A DNA stretch of 64,000 bases from Lama glama (Eukaryota): the NCBI GenBank assembly GCA_028534125.1, contig CM052817.1, positions 54,314,001-54,378,000 on the forward strand. Reading direction: 5' to 3'. Within the stretch, counting starts at the first letter, position 1, and each line of letters opens with the position of its first letter. The notes below the pieces were generated by a model. That model ran no database searches, was not told the origin of the DNA, and was given only the letters and a program-made list of their open reading frames with translations. Made by a program: the position numbers and the translations under genes. Shown in pieces: positions 1 to 13,559 of this stretch.

Positions 1-370
1 AATCAGGATTTAGATAACATTGAATGCTAAACTAAAAGATCACCAAGGGAGTCAATGTAAACAGAAGACAGACAAGAAGCAAAGACTGAGGATCTCCAAG
101 ATTTATACACTGTGGAGGATGAAAAGAAACCACTGAAGAAAACTGAGGGAGATGGCAGAAAAATACAAGGGGAACTAGGAAAATGGGATGACCTGGAAGA
201 TAGCTGAAAAAAGTGTTTCAAGGAGGAGAGATGAACTGCATCAAAGATCAAGTAAGATGAGAATTTAGAATTTATCTCTCAATTTAACAACATGAATATT
301 GAAACAGAGTTCTGGCAGAATGGTAAGGATTAGAGCCACATGGAAATGGGCTTAAAAGAGGATGAAGCAG
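1..370 (-). mobile_element. L2 LINE fragment
   Basis: Matches recalled antisense L2 consensus: gatcaccaagggagt...aaagactgag...aaagtgtttcaaggaggagag...tcaagtaagatgaga. Confidence 0.85.
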
Positions 371-3300
371 GACAATTCTACTAGTCCTTTTCATGACCGC
401 AACGACTTATAATGCCCTGTGAGAATGCTGAAGCTAATTGTCCGTAATCGGTCATTCTGGTTCTAAAGTCTGTACCTTAACCACTGGGCCATATTCTTCT
501 TTAAACCTTGAAGTTTCCTTCACATATCATTTGTAAGTAACTGCTTCTGATTTATTTTAATTTTTGTCATAGAAATGTTCCATTTCGCACATATTAAGTA
601 TCATTTCTTTGGGTTCTTCATTCATTTTTGCTTTTCCCCAAACAGATCGGTGTTTTTTGATTTTAAACAACTTTCACATTTACCTGAAAACTGTTATAAC
701 TGTGCATATTCACCAAGAGGCTCCCCGGGTATTAATGTTACATTGCTACGAAAAATGTGGGTCTTGATGCTTAAATGAAACCATTCTCAATAGGAAAAGT
801 GTAAAACGGTCTTAAGAATTATAATACAATGTGAACAAAATAAAGCAGGAAACCAAGGTAGATAAAATACGTAGTTATTAAAATTGTTTCAAAAGTAGCT
901 ATAAAAAGGATAAAATAAATTGAATATTTTAAAAATTGGTGACCTCGTAAATCAAAATTTCTCATTTTCCTCTTTTCTTATTTGCTTCTTAACAGAAATG
1001 CATTAATATGATAACAGAAAGAAAGCAACAGGTCTACTATTATCATTCAGTTTAACTCAAAAAATTCTACTGCTTTAATTCTAATTATACCAAAAGTCAT
1101 GCCCTTAAAAAAGCTTTCTTATTTCATACTACTGTTTTAATTAACCTCATATACAAAGAGAAATATATACTAACCTTTAATAAGCAGTTAATTTAGTATA
1201 CTCATATTGTAAAATCAGAAAACGTAATTATTTGATAAAAGGCAGCTATGGGTCATTACTTTCCCCAGAGCAACATGATAAAATAAACTTTAAAATTTCC
1301 TAATGCCAGTGGGTAACGAACTGAATATGTGATGACAATGTTTATAATCAATGCCACTTTAATTGACTGATTAAATCACTTTGCACATATAATCTAACAT
1401 TTTATCGAAAAAATACATATAAACTACTATATTTTGTCAAAAGTGTAATAGCAAGTTGCCAAATACCAATGAGTAAGTTCAGATTCAGTTTAAAGTGTTA
1501 AGGGAGGAAAAAGTTCTCACCAATTGCTTCAAACAGAAAAATACAGAACTTTTCAGGGCAAGCCTTTGCAGTCATGGTACTTTAATTGGTTGTTTTTTCA
1601 CGCTTATCTTTTTCTTTCTTAACGATTAATGATAAAATGCATTTGCAAGCCATTTTATTTACGAAGAGAAACTGCAAGGAAAATTTAAATGTTTGTTTTT
1701 AATTTAAACTGAAACTAAGCAAAGAAAATTAAGAAGCAAAAATTGAAGAAGCTATTTAATGCAGTGACCTTGTCAAATATCACATGGAATGAATTGTGTT
1801 TGCTTCACTAGAGTATTACAAATGCTTGCAAAATGGAATAAAAACTATGATTAGAATTATGGAAATGAAAAAAGCTACTGTATATGGTCATTAGTTACAT
1901 AACTGAATTTTTTTCCTCTTTGAAGAAAAATAATCTTGGATTCTTCCTCTTACTGTGTAGAATCATTTTTACTGTATTAACAGAAACAATGTACCATTTC
2001 ACTAATGAGGTGCCAGAACACAGTACATTTGATGTAGTCTTAAGTATCTTGCAGAGGAAAATTCTACTTAAAATATTTCTTGGGGTTTAAATGCACTTGT
2101 TTCCAACATCATTGTTTTGGAATGCAGAAATCTACCTACATATCAATGAAAATATTAATAGGTGGGTAATCTGCCAAAGGAGTGCCAAATGTTCTTCTAT
2201 TTTTAGAGAAAAGAAAATGAATTTATCACAGATAAAAGAAACAAAATTGTGGTCAAAAGTGTATAACGTCCTCTATTCACCAGTTGTAAATATCACATTC
2301 TACATATGAGGATCTAGTATCAAAGCTTTCCTACAGAAATAGCATCTGTATACAGATCTTTGTGTGGATCTAATCAAAAATGAATCATTAAATTATTATT
2401 ACTACTAATTTTAAAAAAGAAACAAATTAATACCACATTAACAGACTCAGGATTACACGTCAAAACTTGAATATCACTATGAACATTATGTCTGAAGCCA
2501 AAGGACTACCCTTGAAACAAAAACTTGTGGAATTTATTCTTCACTCATTTAACCAACATTTATTAAAAATGTGTCATTCCTTTTCTTCTCTGCTAGGTAC
2601 ATAACTCATAGGTGAAATGGCCAGCAACCAAAAAACTACATAGATACATACATATCCTAAGGAGAGTGGGCCAGTGTCTGCGCTGCCAAGGCACATTTTG
2701 CCCAGATAGACATGGCCACAAAGAGCTCAGCTGCATGCCATCCACCAATTAAAAACACCCAATTTAATTTTCAAATTACCACTTTTCTAAAGATATTACC
2801 TATCTATTACCTTTCTATTTTACCATCGGGGGTGTCCAGATTTTGGTATGTACCTTCTTTATCTGAGGACTTAGGAAATGCTTTTAAAGTAAGCACAATC
2901 GCTGTGCTTCTGTAATAGGAGCCATCTCAATTTCTGTGTGGTGAATAACGCCTCATGATTATTTAAGGATTACAAAATTATTAAAAAATATATGTTACAG
3001 ATACAGAATATATATATGTATATATTCTAAGAGCAAAATGCATATCCTTGAAAGGAAGTCTTTTTGGAAGAGGCTTAAAATTAATACAGGAATATTAATA
3101 AGAATCAATTATAATAATAATATAATGCACACAGATATGGGATCCATTTGTAGCTTAAGAAAATGTTTTATCTTACTTGATTTTACATTTCTGAACAGTA
3201 AACAGGTTAGATTTCATCTTACCAAATTTTCAGATGAGAACGTCAAAACTTACTTAGTTACATGTCTTGTCTAATATTACCCATCAGGCCTTTAAAGAAT

Positions 3301-4077
3301 TGGTAACAGAAAGGAGACTTCTATGCTCCTATTTTTAAAAAATGAACCTAGTCTTTATATCTTTACTTCTAAGAAACTCCAGAAAGGGCCAAGGACAAAT
3401 TATTCTGGTCCATTGACCTTAAATATTCCAATCAATTCAGACTGTGACAGAAGGAAAAGTTGAAACCAGAGACTGACCTGCTCTAGCAAGTATAAACTGA
3501 AAAGAGAAAAAAAGCCATAAAACTATACCACTGTTCAAACCAAAGCAGAACAGAGACTCAAGGTGAACACTGGAAGCTTTTTAAAGAGTCTTAGCAAGGT
3601 CACGCTGATAAATTGAAATGAATACGACTTGGAACTACTAATAAATCACGCTAATTTCTTCAGAACCCACTGTCCTGGCCTCTCTGAACCCAGAGGTAAT
3701 GGGTAGATCATTCACATTCCTGATTAATAATTTTGAAAATTTTATATATCTTACAATAGCTTATTGAGTCAGAGTTCAAAGTTTGAATTTTATTTGGGTC
3801 ACTAAAGCATCAAGAAAAGTCTTACCAACTTCGGGGAAGAGCGGACTTTATATAAAGTCTGTAATATATGCCACCATGCTTTATTTCCCAAATAAACAAT
3901 CTCAGCCATTACAATTTCTTCTCAAATTAACCCTTCCTTCATTTCTATAATTATTTATATTCCCCTGAACATAATTTTTGCTTAGAAGATTTTGTTTCAG
4001 TCCATTTTATATTGTAATGTGGTATATGTACTGTAACACTTGGAACATCCAAGTACTTGGAATAAATAATTCTACAG

Positions 4078-4350
4078 AAGCAGCATAGTGCAATGGTTAG
4101 TAGCATGAGCAACGTAGACAGACAGCCAAGGATCCCATCCCCAGTACTCCAATGACTAGTTGTGAGATCAAAGACAAGCCACTTGACTTCTCTATACCTC
4201 AGTTTGTTCCCCTATGAAAAGGCAATACGTCATTACTTAAATCATAGGCTCGCTGTGAGGATTCAAAGGTTTCCCAGAAGTCAATCACTTAGACCCTACA
4301 CGGCAAACAGCAAGCAACCAATAAATATGTGGTATTACAGTTATTATTTA
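4078..4350 (+). mobile_element. MIR SINE, near full length
   Basis: gcagcatagtgcaatggttag head, core caagccacttgacttctctatacctcagtttg, gtgaggattcaa, tail caataaatatg..tatt. Confidence 0.85.
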
Positions 4351-5562
4351 TATGGTATATGTTTCTGAGAGAAAAGGAGAGAGACAAAAATACAAAATAT
4401 GGCTGGGAGTAGGTTTTATCCAGACAATAAAAATGGGGCTATTAAACCCATTTGTGGTATTAGAAAGAAAAGTAGAGAACCATAGTGATAAACTTTATTA
4501 CTTCACAAAAAACTAATTCCAATCAGAAAAGTAAAGAGAAAAAGGTAAAGCACACACTTATACCCATCATCTACATTTTGGAAACTGCTAAATATCTTCC
4601 CACTCCATCTCTTTTGGGATGGTGGGAGGAGGCTGAACTATTTTCAAATTAACTATACACAAAATGCCTTTCATTTCCAATTACTAAAAAATGAGAATGC
4701 TTTCTATTTAACCACTACTCTACTTTCACACCTGATTTAACAATCACTATTTAATATCACCCACTATCCAATTTATCATGGTTTACTTGCTGATTTTTTC
4801 AAAAAGGAACAAATAATGGTTTACATCCAGTATTTAAATAAGTTTTTAATGATGCTTTAATCTAGAAGAGAACTTCTCCCATTGTGATACATTTTTAAGT
4901 TACATCTTTCCTATGTTAATTTTAACTATTAATACACCACAGCCACCAATTATTTTTAAACTATACAAAATTTTGTTCATACTTCTTAATCTAATCATAA
5001 ATACTTTTCAAAATTTTCCAAGGTTTCCACTTCTTTCAATAAACCTGCCAAAGGAACCACAACTTCTCAAAACAGAATTAGAAGGTTCACATTTTTACCT
5101 ACCACTTAAATTTGTAACCCTCACTAATCACATCCAGTAATGTCACAGGTCAAATTGAGTGACATTACCTTCCTTACCTATTATCCTTTAACAAATTTAA
5201 TATCAAAACCTAAATGTAAACATTAAAATAATGTATGGAAAAACAAAATAAGTTGCTTCCCTTTTATCCTCAAAGTTGCCAGTAACTAACTTAGATAATT
5301 ATACAAAAATGATTAAAAAATACATAAGTAAATTAAAATAGGCATTTATACAAAAACAGTTTGAAAGGTAAAGCTACCTACTGAGACACCCCCTTGGGAT
5401 GCAACAGACAACATACTAATGGTCATTGATCTTTTTTAATCCATATATATAAATCTCTAAACAACTAAATGGGCTTTTTACCAGGTTTACTATGGAAACA
5501 ATTCATAACATAAAGTACATTAGAAATAGAAATTTAGTAAAATGGCACAGTGTAATACATTT

Positions 5563-5684
5563 TTATATATGTATATGTATATAGCTATACACACATATCA
5601 CATATATACAGATACATATGTTTGTACACATATAAATATATGCATGTATGAATAATGTCTGCTTGTATATATATATACATATAT
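5563..5684. repeat. Degenerate (TA/CA/TG)n simple repeat
   Basis: tatatatgtatatgtatatagctatacacacatatcacatatatac... seen directly. Confidence 0.8.
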
Positions 5685-6576
5685 GCAGACTTATTTACTT
5701 ATTCAAAACAGGAGACAAATAAATGACTGCTTAGATCACCTGGACCACTTTGTCCAAAACATCAGCAAATTCCTTCATCTCAGAAGTGCTAGGGCCAGTC
5801 TCCCTAAGCTACAGGTAACTAGATCTCAGATTCCTCTCTTGGGATTTGTAAACCTGGAGTCAAAGTGATGGAGAGACTCAGGTCCTTTCCAATTATGTTG
5901 AACTACAAGCCTGGGAAGTAACGGGCATTGAATATTTTCAATTCATAACTTTATCACTCAAATCATCAGATGCCTGAATGGACAGAAGCAGTAATGATGA
6001 ATAACAGAAAGGACACTGCATCACTGCTTTTAATTTTATACTTCTAACAGGACAGTTATTGTGAAGGTCTAAATTTGCCTAGGCAAAAAGGAAACACTCT
6101 ATGAGAATATTTAGGGGAAGGCATACCTTTTCATAAAAACTATACCCTCTACTTCATACTTACTCTTCAGTATAGAATTCAACATCCAAAAAGGAAAATA
6201 AGGGCTGTATTAGCTAAAAGTATTACATGTATGGATTCCTGCTGCACGGATGTCAGATCTCAAGTAATTTCCTCTGGTTGTTATCAGTGTTATGTTTGAA
6301 CTCGTTTCCCTGCTTCCAATCTGAGTCCCTTCTGACACATTCTCTACAACACCTGGCCCATACCTAGAAGAAGTACTCAGCATATATTTGTGAAAATAAT
6401 GACCCTTTAACTAAATGTATCCTAACCTACTGACAATTTCAGAAAGCATCCTTGTTCTGAGTGATTACTCAATAAATATTTGTAGCATAAATGAAAAAAG
6501 GAATGCATGTTTTTATATTTTCAATGGCTAACTCAAAAACGAGTAGGAGCAAGGTACAGTGTAAAAATCTACAAAG

Positions 6577-6695
6577 CATTCAATCATTTATTTACTGATT
6601 CATTTAACAAATATCATCTATGGGAAGGCACAATTTTAGGAGCCATGGATAAGTATTACAGAGACCAAAGCCCTATGGACCTCATAGTTTAATGG
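6577..6695 (-). mobile_element. L2 3' end
   Basis: cattcaatcatttatttactgattcatttaacaaatat...ccctatggacctcatagtttaatgg, typical antisense L2 tail. Confidence 0.65.
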
Positions 6696-6697
6696 AA

Positions 6698-6840
6698 AAT
6701 AATGATATCTAACATTTTTGAATTTATATAAATGTACTCATATTTGTTAAGCACTATTTCATTGATTCTCACTACAAACTATAAGACAAGTACTGATACT
6801 ATGCCATTTAATAGATGGTAAAAGAGGTTAAGTCATTGCA
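6698..6840 (-). mobile_element. MIR fragment
   Basis: ctaacatttttga...taagcact...ccatttaatagatgg..gaggttaagtcattgc. Confidence 0.65.
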
Positions 6841-9339
6841 GCCTTATGTGAGATGCAGCAAGGAGACTGGATTTGATCAAACTTTATAAAGGGACACTAT
6901 GTCTTATAGTATGGTGAACGTAATATAAATAGAATATAGAGAATCGTGGGAAGAGGAAGAGATTTATGGCTAAAATAACCATAGGTTATTATCGTTGCAT
7001 TGTATTTTCTTTAATCACTCACAGAAAAGCAATAACCAAATGCTTAATTACCTTTCAAGTAAAAACGTATCATAAATGGTTCTCCATAGAATGAAAATAT
7101 TTGTAAATTGTTATTGTTTTCTGCTATTCAGAGAATAGAAGAAAGGAATCCACATATTGATGGAACACATCTCTAAATACCAAAATAAAAGCCTGTTTAT
7201 TCATCAAGTTTCACTACTTCATAAGATTCAAAATGTTCTGTTATTTTTAAATATAACACTGCCATTATATACAGGAAACTCGGAACTTCTGATAAAAACT
7301 TTATTTTCTTAGCATTCAATCATCATCAGCCCTTACAGAAATAAGATAAATATTTTAAGGCATATAAATGAAATGTATATATGTTAAATGACTAACCTCC
7401 CAACCCATCCACCTTTGCTTCAAAATTCTCTTCTTAAATTATATCAAGAACTTGGTTAAAATAATAATTCTAGATTTAAGTCCAGAATTTTGTACTTGCA
7501 TTTGTATTATTACTTTGCCATGACTACAGACTTCCACATTCCTGAAGACAGATTTAGCTAACTACTGCAGTAGAAGACAAAGGAATACTTTATTTAAAAA
7601 ATTAACCACTGAATATTAAAAGGCAGATTTATCAGATTGCCAGGTCTTCCAGTTTATGAAACAATGTCTAATAAAATGGCACAGTCATGATTTACTAAGG
7701 TTTTTAAATTCATTATTATATCCACTATATTTTACACCTTTGACTAGTTCTTCTCTCATATTTAAGCTTTCTGTATTATAGAAATTTATTTTCCCCCATT
7801 AAATAGCCTTAATTCTGTCTTGTAAAAGTTTAATTTGAAAATTATGCTTCCACGTTCCAAAGAATATAAGTTTTGTTAACACATTTTAAGAACATACATT
7901 TATTCTGGCAGTACTACTAGAATATTCATTTGAATATGCCGTGTTTTTTTCCGTAACTCTGCTTTGCAATAATAAAGAGTATTTATTACATGATCTCATT
8001 AAAGTGCTCCAGAAAGAATAATTACAAAATGTTGAAAGAGCAAGCTCTGACTTTTTTTTTAATAAAAAGATTAACACATGTCTCAATGCATATTCAAATA
8101 TTACCCTTCTGGCAATTTCAAGCTATGTGATATAAATACATGCAAAATATAGGAAAATAATCATTTTATAATCATTTTGATTTAAACATTCAGATGTACA
8201 TAAAAGAACAAAAAGTTGGGGATTTGATTTAATTTGGTTTCTTCTCTTTGGTAATCATATTTTCTATTTACTCAATAATATTTGCTTTTAATACAAGCTT
8301 AGAAAAAAGTGCTAAAATTATCTAAGAGTATTTTCCGGCAGTTTTATATGATGAAATATTAACAAGTCAGCTTGTCTGCCTGTAATAAATGAGAGACAAG
8401 AAATGGTCCATTAGGGGTAGAATAATTCACTAGCAGAGTCCTTTTGAGAAATAAGAAGAAAAGTTCTGAATATAGCCTATTTAGATAGCTACAGAAATAA
8501 TAAAGATAGAAGCTTTCTAACCATATTGTAACAAGTTTCTCAAGCTGACTTTTTTTTTACCATAACATAACTGCCAACTCCCCATATATAAGATGTACAA
8601 AATATGGGTTAGTGAAGAAACCACCATGGAGCAAACTGAAGCCACCTCTTGATTCTGGTTTTTGCAAATACAAAACTTCAACATTTTTTCTCACAGAATA
8701 TTCAAGATTTCCAAGTACCTGTGATAGGTTCTTTCATCTGAATCAAGTCATTACTCTCCCTGGGACTTTAAACATGAATCAGGATGTTAACATAGGCAGA
8801 CATTACACTGACTGGTGTTACTTTGGTGAATTCAGGCATCAGAACTGTAGTTCAAAACACCAATCTAAGTAGTTGTGGGTTGTATACACATTGGTATATT
8901 AACAAGAGAATGGGCACTATGAATTAGAGGATGCATTAAATGATACCTCCTGGCCTGAAGGAGCTTATGCGCCTTCCCACAGCTTTAGGAACTGACTCAG
9001 TTACCAGGGTGAATCAAGTTGAATATACCTTCTTCCTACTTGGTAGCAAGAAAATAAATGATATATGTACATATACGTATATAATATACCTTATGTTTTT
9101 CTTTCTAAAGCTGGAAATATCCCCTCTGGTGTAATCAAAGGCACATAATGAGTTTAAAGCAATTCTCCTCATGACCAATCTAAGGAAGTTTCACATACCA
9201 ATGCGAAAGCTTTAAGGTTCCTAATACCCTCACTGTTTGTAATTTAGGGTATTCTGAAAGTTGCACTAACTCTCACAAATATTCTAGACACTTACAGCAG
9301 GGCACAGAATAGGAAAAAGATGTATTATGGCAACTGCAG

Positions 9340-10240
9340 GCATCAATACAGAGCTGTCATATCCCCAAGTACTCTCTTCCTTAGGCTAAATAGTCTTTCA
9401 ATATTTCTTCTATAATATGGTCTGGAACTTCTTCATCACCATTAATTTTTCATAATTAGGGTTTGTAAGAATGGCCCTAATTCTTAAGCTTTTTTCCTTT
9501 CAGTACTACATATAACTGCCTTATTCTGGATAATATTAATTATCATTAAAGACATCACCACAGTGTCAAATTGTGGTAAGGTTACTAAAACCTCAAACTT
9601 CCAAAGTGATGCCCATGTTAAAATGATTTTAATTCTGTTTCTATGCAAACCTGCTACTTCTGACAGAGCACCTCTACTACTGAATATCACGAATGTGTGT
9701 GTATATCTATTCCAGCTGTTACTGTAAGTGCCTTGGGGCACAGGAGCAGCTGAACCTGGGTCAGCCCTCAGGTTTGACAAATGAATAAAAACTCCTCAGT
9801 CCTACCCCACAAAGCAGCTCCTAACCCACTTCATCATGATGTAGTATTTCCTCAAATGGTTTCATGAAGAAAATAAGATGCCATAAACTTCTTCTTCTAT
9901 AACTCATGCAAATGTTACAGCCTTATAGACCAATTTTGGAATTTATTTCTAAAATGTAATATTTTGCTACCAGGTAAGTGCTGTGTGCAAATCTGCAGAA
10001 ACTGCCTTTGATATCCTCTTCAAGTTATTAATGAAGTGTTGAACATTTTATAAGAGGACAAAAGAGACAGAAAAGTGTAGTATGTCACTAAGAACTTCTT
10101 TTCAGAAAGTATCAATGACCATCCTCTTGGTATAGTTTGTGAATCAGTTAGTAATATATGTAACTGATCTTGTATTTTAGACCACAGTTTTTATTCTTCT
10201 TTGTGTAATAAACAGATAGAGATTTTGCCATACTGTGTCA
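9340..10240 (-). mobile_element. L3/CR1 LINE remnant, interrupted by an L2 tail near 9700-9790
   Basis: gctgtcatatcccc..tcttccttaggctaaa and caagttattaatgaagtgttgaaca...tgtagtatgtcactaagaac...ctcttggtatagtttgtgaatcag resemble the recalled antisense L3 RT region. Confidence 0.65.
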
Positions 10241-11527
10241 TGGACTTTTTGTTCGACTTAGAAAATGTTTCCTATAAAACAAAAATCAGTAAATTAAGTA
10301 AGAACTAAACATCACAGCCAAGAAAACAATTCATTTTTAGAAATAACAAAATATGTAATTATTTAATCATAAGAGTTATCAAAATTAAACATAATTTAAT
10401 TGCTTATTCAGAGTCATTAATTATGTAGAGTCGAAAAATTACACTACTAAAGCAATCATTTAATCATTAGAGCTTGAAAAATATCTAAGCACTAATTCAT
10501 TATTTCTGCTATGCTCTTGGGGAATTATATCCTATATTTATAATAAAACCAACATAATTATTTTAAAATGCATAACTAATAACATCCTCATGAATCTTTA
10601 ATATGCTAACTTAATAATGAAAAGGGTCAAATTTAGAAGTATGTGATCAAAAAAATAAATTTAAGACAATGAAACGAGGAAACAATAAATAAGGGGACGT
10701 ATACAACTTAAAGAGCTTTGATTCACATGTAGTATCCTTAGCTAACTTAATTAAAAGCTAAAGCTCTATTACTTAATGACCAGAAAAGTCTCAACTATCA
10801 TTCTCACCAATCTTATGTTGTTTTAACTTATAAAAGATTTTTCTAATGTCTCATAGCTTTCTTGTCTTTTATGATGCCAAGAAAAATCTAAATTTGAAAA
10901 TTCTCATCAAGGGAACAGTAGACAGAAGCAGGACATTTGGCTGACCTTTTAGGGGACATTTTTCAAGGATTCACATGCTGCAGAATTACAATTAGTCTCT
11001 GACAGTGACTTTTGTTAATCAAGTTTGCATTTCCTTTGAACTTTACAATCCTGTACTTGCATGCATCTGTTTAACTTGTACTTACTCAAGCAACCTATCA
11101 GAATCACTAAATTATGCAAAGCAAGTATTGGCAATTCTTATATATATGAACTCCCCCTCCAAATGTATCTACTTTTTCATTTAAGTGACTTTGAAGGAAG
11201 GTCTTAAAGAAACCTTCATTTTCAATGAGTGATGGCTGTGGAATAAAGATTACTTGCCACACTGTAGTTAATAAATCATAGGAATTGTTTCTCTTTCTCT
11301 CTGATACAGCATATAAAATACTGCTGAGCTCAAAAGAACACTTCTTAAAGAAGGACCACTGTCAATGCACTGTTATTGGTGAGGGATATGTAGCATAAAT
11401 CCATCTCACTGAATTTCCAAGATGCTGAATATCCTAGATATGCTTAGTGACTGAACAAGCACATAAAATTAAGTACAGAATCATAAAATTAAAGATCATA
11501 AATAAATAATGCCAAAGATAATCTGGC

Positions 11528-11820
11528 CCAACATTCCCCAAAGTGTGTTCAATGCAACCCAAGCTCTGTGGGTTATGAGTTAAGTGTGTGAAGTCCCATA
11601 GTCAAATAGTTGACAAATGCTGAAATGAATAATGTTAAATTGCTTTTTTTCTCCCTATAGGGTTCTCAGAGCCTTTAAGATATTATTATGCACTGTGAAT
11701 TTGTAAGAGGGAATAATATGCTGTGTTTGCCGAACGCATTCGACTGTGGAACTCTTTTTGTGTTGTTGTTAACATGTAACATCTGGGTCTATTGTTTATT
11801 ATGTTTTAGAAAATGATCAT
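11528..11820. mobile_element. hAT-Charlie DNA transposon remnant (Charlie4a-like)
   Basis: ttccccaaagtgtgttc...gtcaaatagttgacaaatgctg...ttctcagagcctttaagatattattatgcactgtgaat, with internal inverted arms. Confidence 0.7.
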
Positions 11821-11959
11821 CTATTCCAAACATCACCATTTATTTAGCCTAGATTAGTGGAGTGACTTGCCAAGGTTATACCACTAGTCAGCATGAGAGC
11901 AAGGACTAACGCCTGACGTGGCCAGGGTCCTTCCAACACATCATTTTTGACACAGGGTA

Positions 11960-12460
11960 CGGCATCTTGCCAGGCTAGTGTGATGGAGAGAGAGGAGCAA
12001 GGCTTTCAAGAGTATCTGCACAAGGCTGTAAGAAAAATGATGATCCAGGAATCGAACGTGGATAAGGACGAAAATCAATGCTTTGATGGTGCTGATGCTA
12101 AGAGAGTGCCTGAGAAAGCTGGTTGGAAGGAACAGGGCTGTAGTCAGAAGTAGGTCTGATTTCTGTGGTTTTGAAAGCTGAAATATCTGGTAATGATAAG
12201 ATTTAGGATAATCATGGCAGATAGGTAACATTATAAGAGATGGTTAGGCTTCAAAACTGAGCTGTATGAAAACCATGACTGAAGTTAAGGGTTAGGTGAG
12301 AGGAGAGCCACGAGACTGACTGGAAGGTTCCCTGAATGAGAAAGTGATGAGATCAGTCAGGGCAGCAACAAGAGGAAAGAAGGTGGTAAAACCTAGCAGC
12401 AAGAGCTTCAAAAGAATCTTGGCTTGTCACAAAAAGAAGGTAAGTATGAGAGAGGAAATG
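11960..12460 (-). mobile_element. Degenerate L2 ORF2-region fragment
   Basis: Purine-rich + strand with L2-like motifs (ttgaaagctgaaatatctgg, gaaggtggtaaaacctagcagcaagagcttcaaaag). Confidence 0.5.
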
Positions 12461-13314
12461 GCAAGTAAACAAGATATTGACCCCCCACCTTTTACTTCTC
12501 TGAGGTACCCCGGGTGTATGAAGAATCAATGCAGAAGACACGGTCTCCTCGGGGATCACGCAGAAATAAACAAAGTTTAAAGGAAATTTTATGTAGATGG
12601 CATTTCTCTGGGGAGAGAGTCTAAGTCTTCATTATCACCATTAAACATTTATATAATTCTATAGTTTATCACTGGTTAGCCCACCCCCACCACACCATGC
12701 AACACATATAAAACTACACAGTAAGTAAATAATCATGAAGTGTCTAATAATTTTGGAACTGACAGGCTCAAGAGGTTTAACCCAAGTTGAAACTTTAAGC
12801 CAAAAGTATACTGAAGTTCCTATAACAAATAAGAAATAATACTCTTAGACTCACAGAAGTGAAATGGATTGTAGCCCTCCAAGCATCATAAAAACCCTTC
12901 AGCAGCAGCATGGGAATGCTGAAATATGCATACTTAAATCCTACAGAAGGGACTGTAATTGGCACAGTCTTTGTGGGGAAATAATTCGGCAAAGAGCAAC
13001 AAAATGCATTATAACATTACTAATATTTAACCTAATATTTATATAACTTTTAATATGCGCTAAGAGACTAATATGAAATACAGAGAAAGCTTTACATGAA
13101 AAATACTTCTTGTTATTTATGACTGCTAAAATAGAGACATTAAATATCAAAATAAAACAGAGACATAAAGTTTAGTAAGGCTAGTGCTATATAATAAACA
13201 ATGAGGTAATAAGTATTTGGGTGTTTCAGTGTTTCTAACGATGCAGGTATATACATGCCTATGCTATAATGCTAAATAAGAAAATCTGAGTATCAACACA
13301 ATAAAAATTATGCA

Positions 13315-13470
13315 TAGGAAGATATGGACTGGAAGTAAATGTATCAAAAGAGCAACAGTGTCTGCTTCTAAATGGTAGGATTATAAAGCTTTTCTTTTTA
13401 TTCTTTAGCATTTCTACAATTCTAAATTTTCTACAATGAATATACATTATTGTATAATCAGGAAAAAAAC
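13315..13470 (+). mobile_element. Old L1 (L1ME-type) 3' end
   Basis: gactggaagtaaatgtatcaaaa...ggtaggattataa...aaattttctacaatgaatatacattattgtataatcaggaaaaaaa. Confidence 0.75.
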
Positions 13471-13559
13471 GTACTTTCTCTAAAATACCAAAATCCTGGT
13501 TTTAAAATAACCGTGGATAAGAAAGTACCCCTGCATTTTGGAGAGTATTTTGGCATTGT

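Noticed and set aside
8040..8560. Repeated caagct(ct)gacttttttttt motif about 500 bp apart
   Set aside because: Short, mostly homopolymer and imperfect; no element is recognisable between the copies, so it is not accepted as a TSD.
9965..9980. Perfect plus-strand donor CAG|gtaagt
   Set aside because: Inside the L3 remnant, on the strand opposite the inferred host, with no supporting exon; such matches are expected occasionally in 64 kb.
12344..12580. Basic 78-aa ORF with plus-strand AAG|gtaagt
   Set aside because: Overlaps purine-rich antisense L2, which explains the K/R bias.
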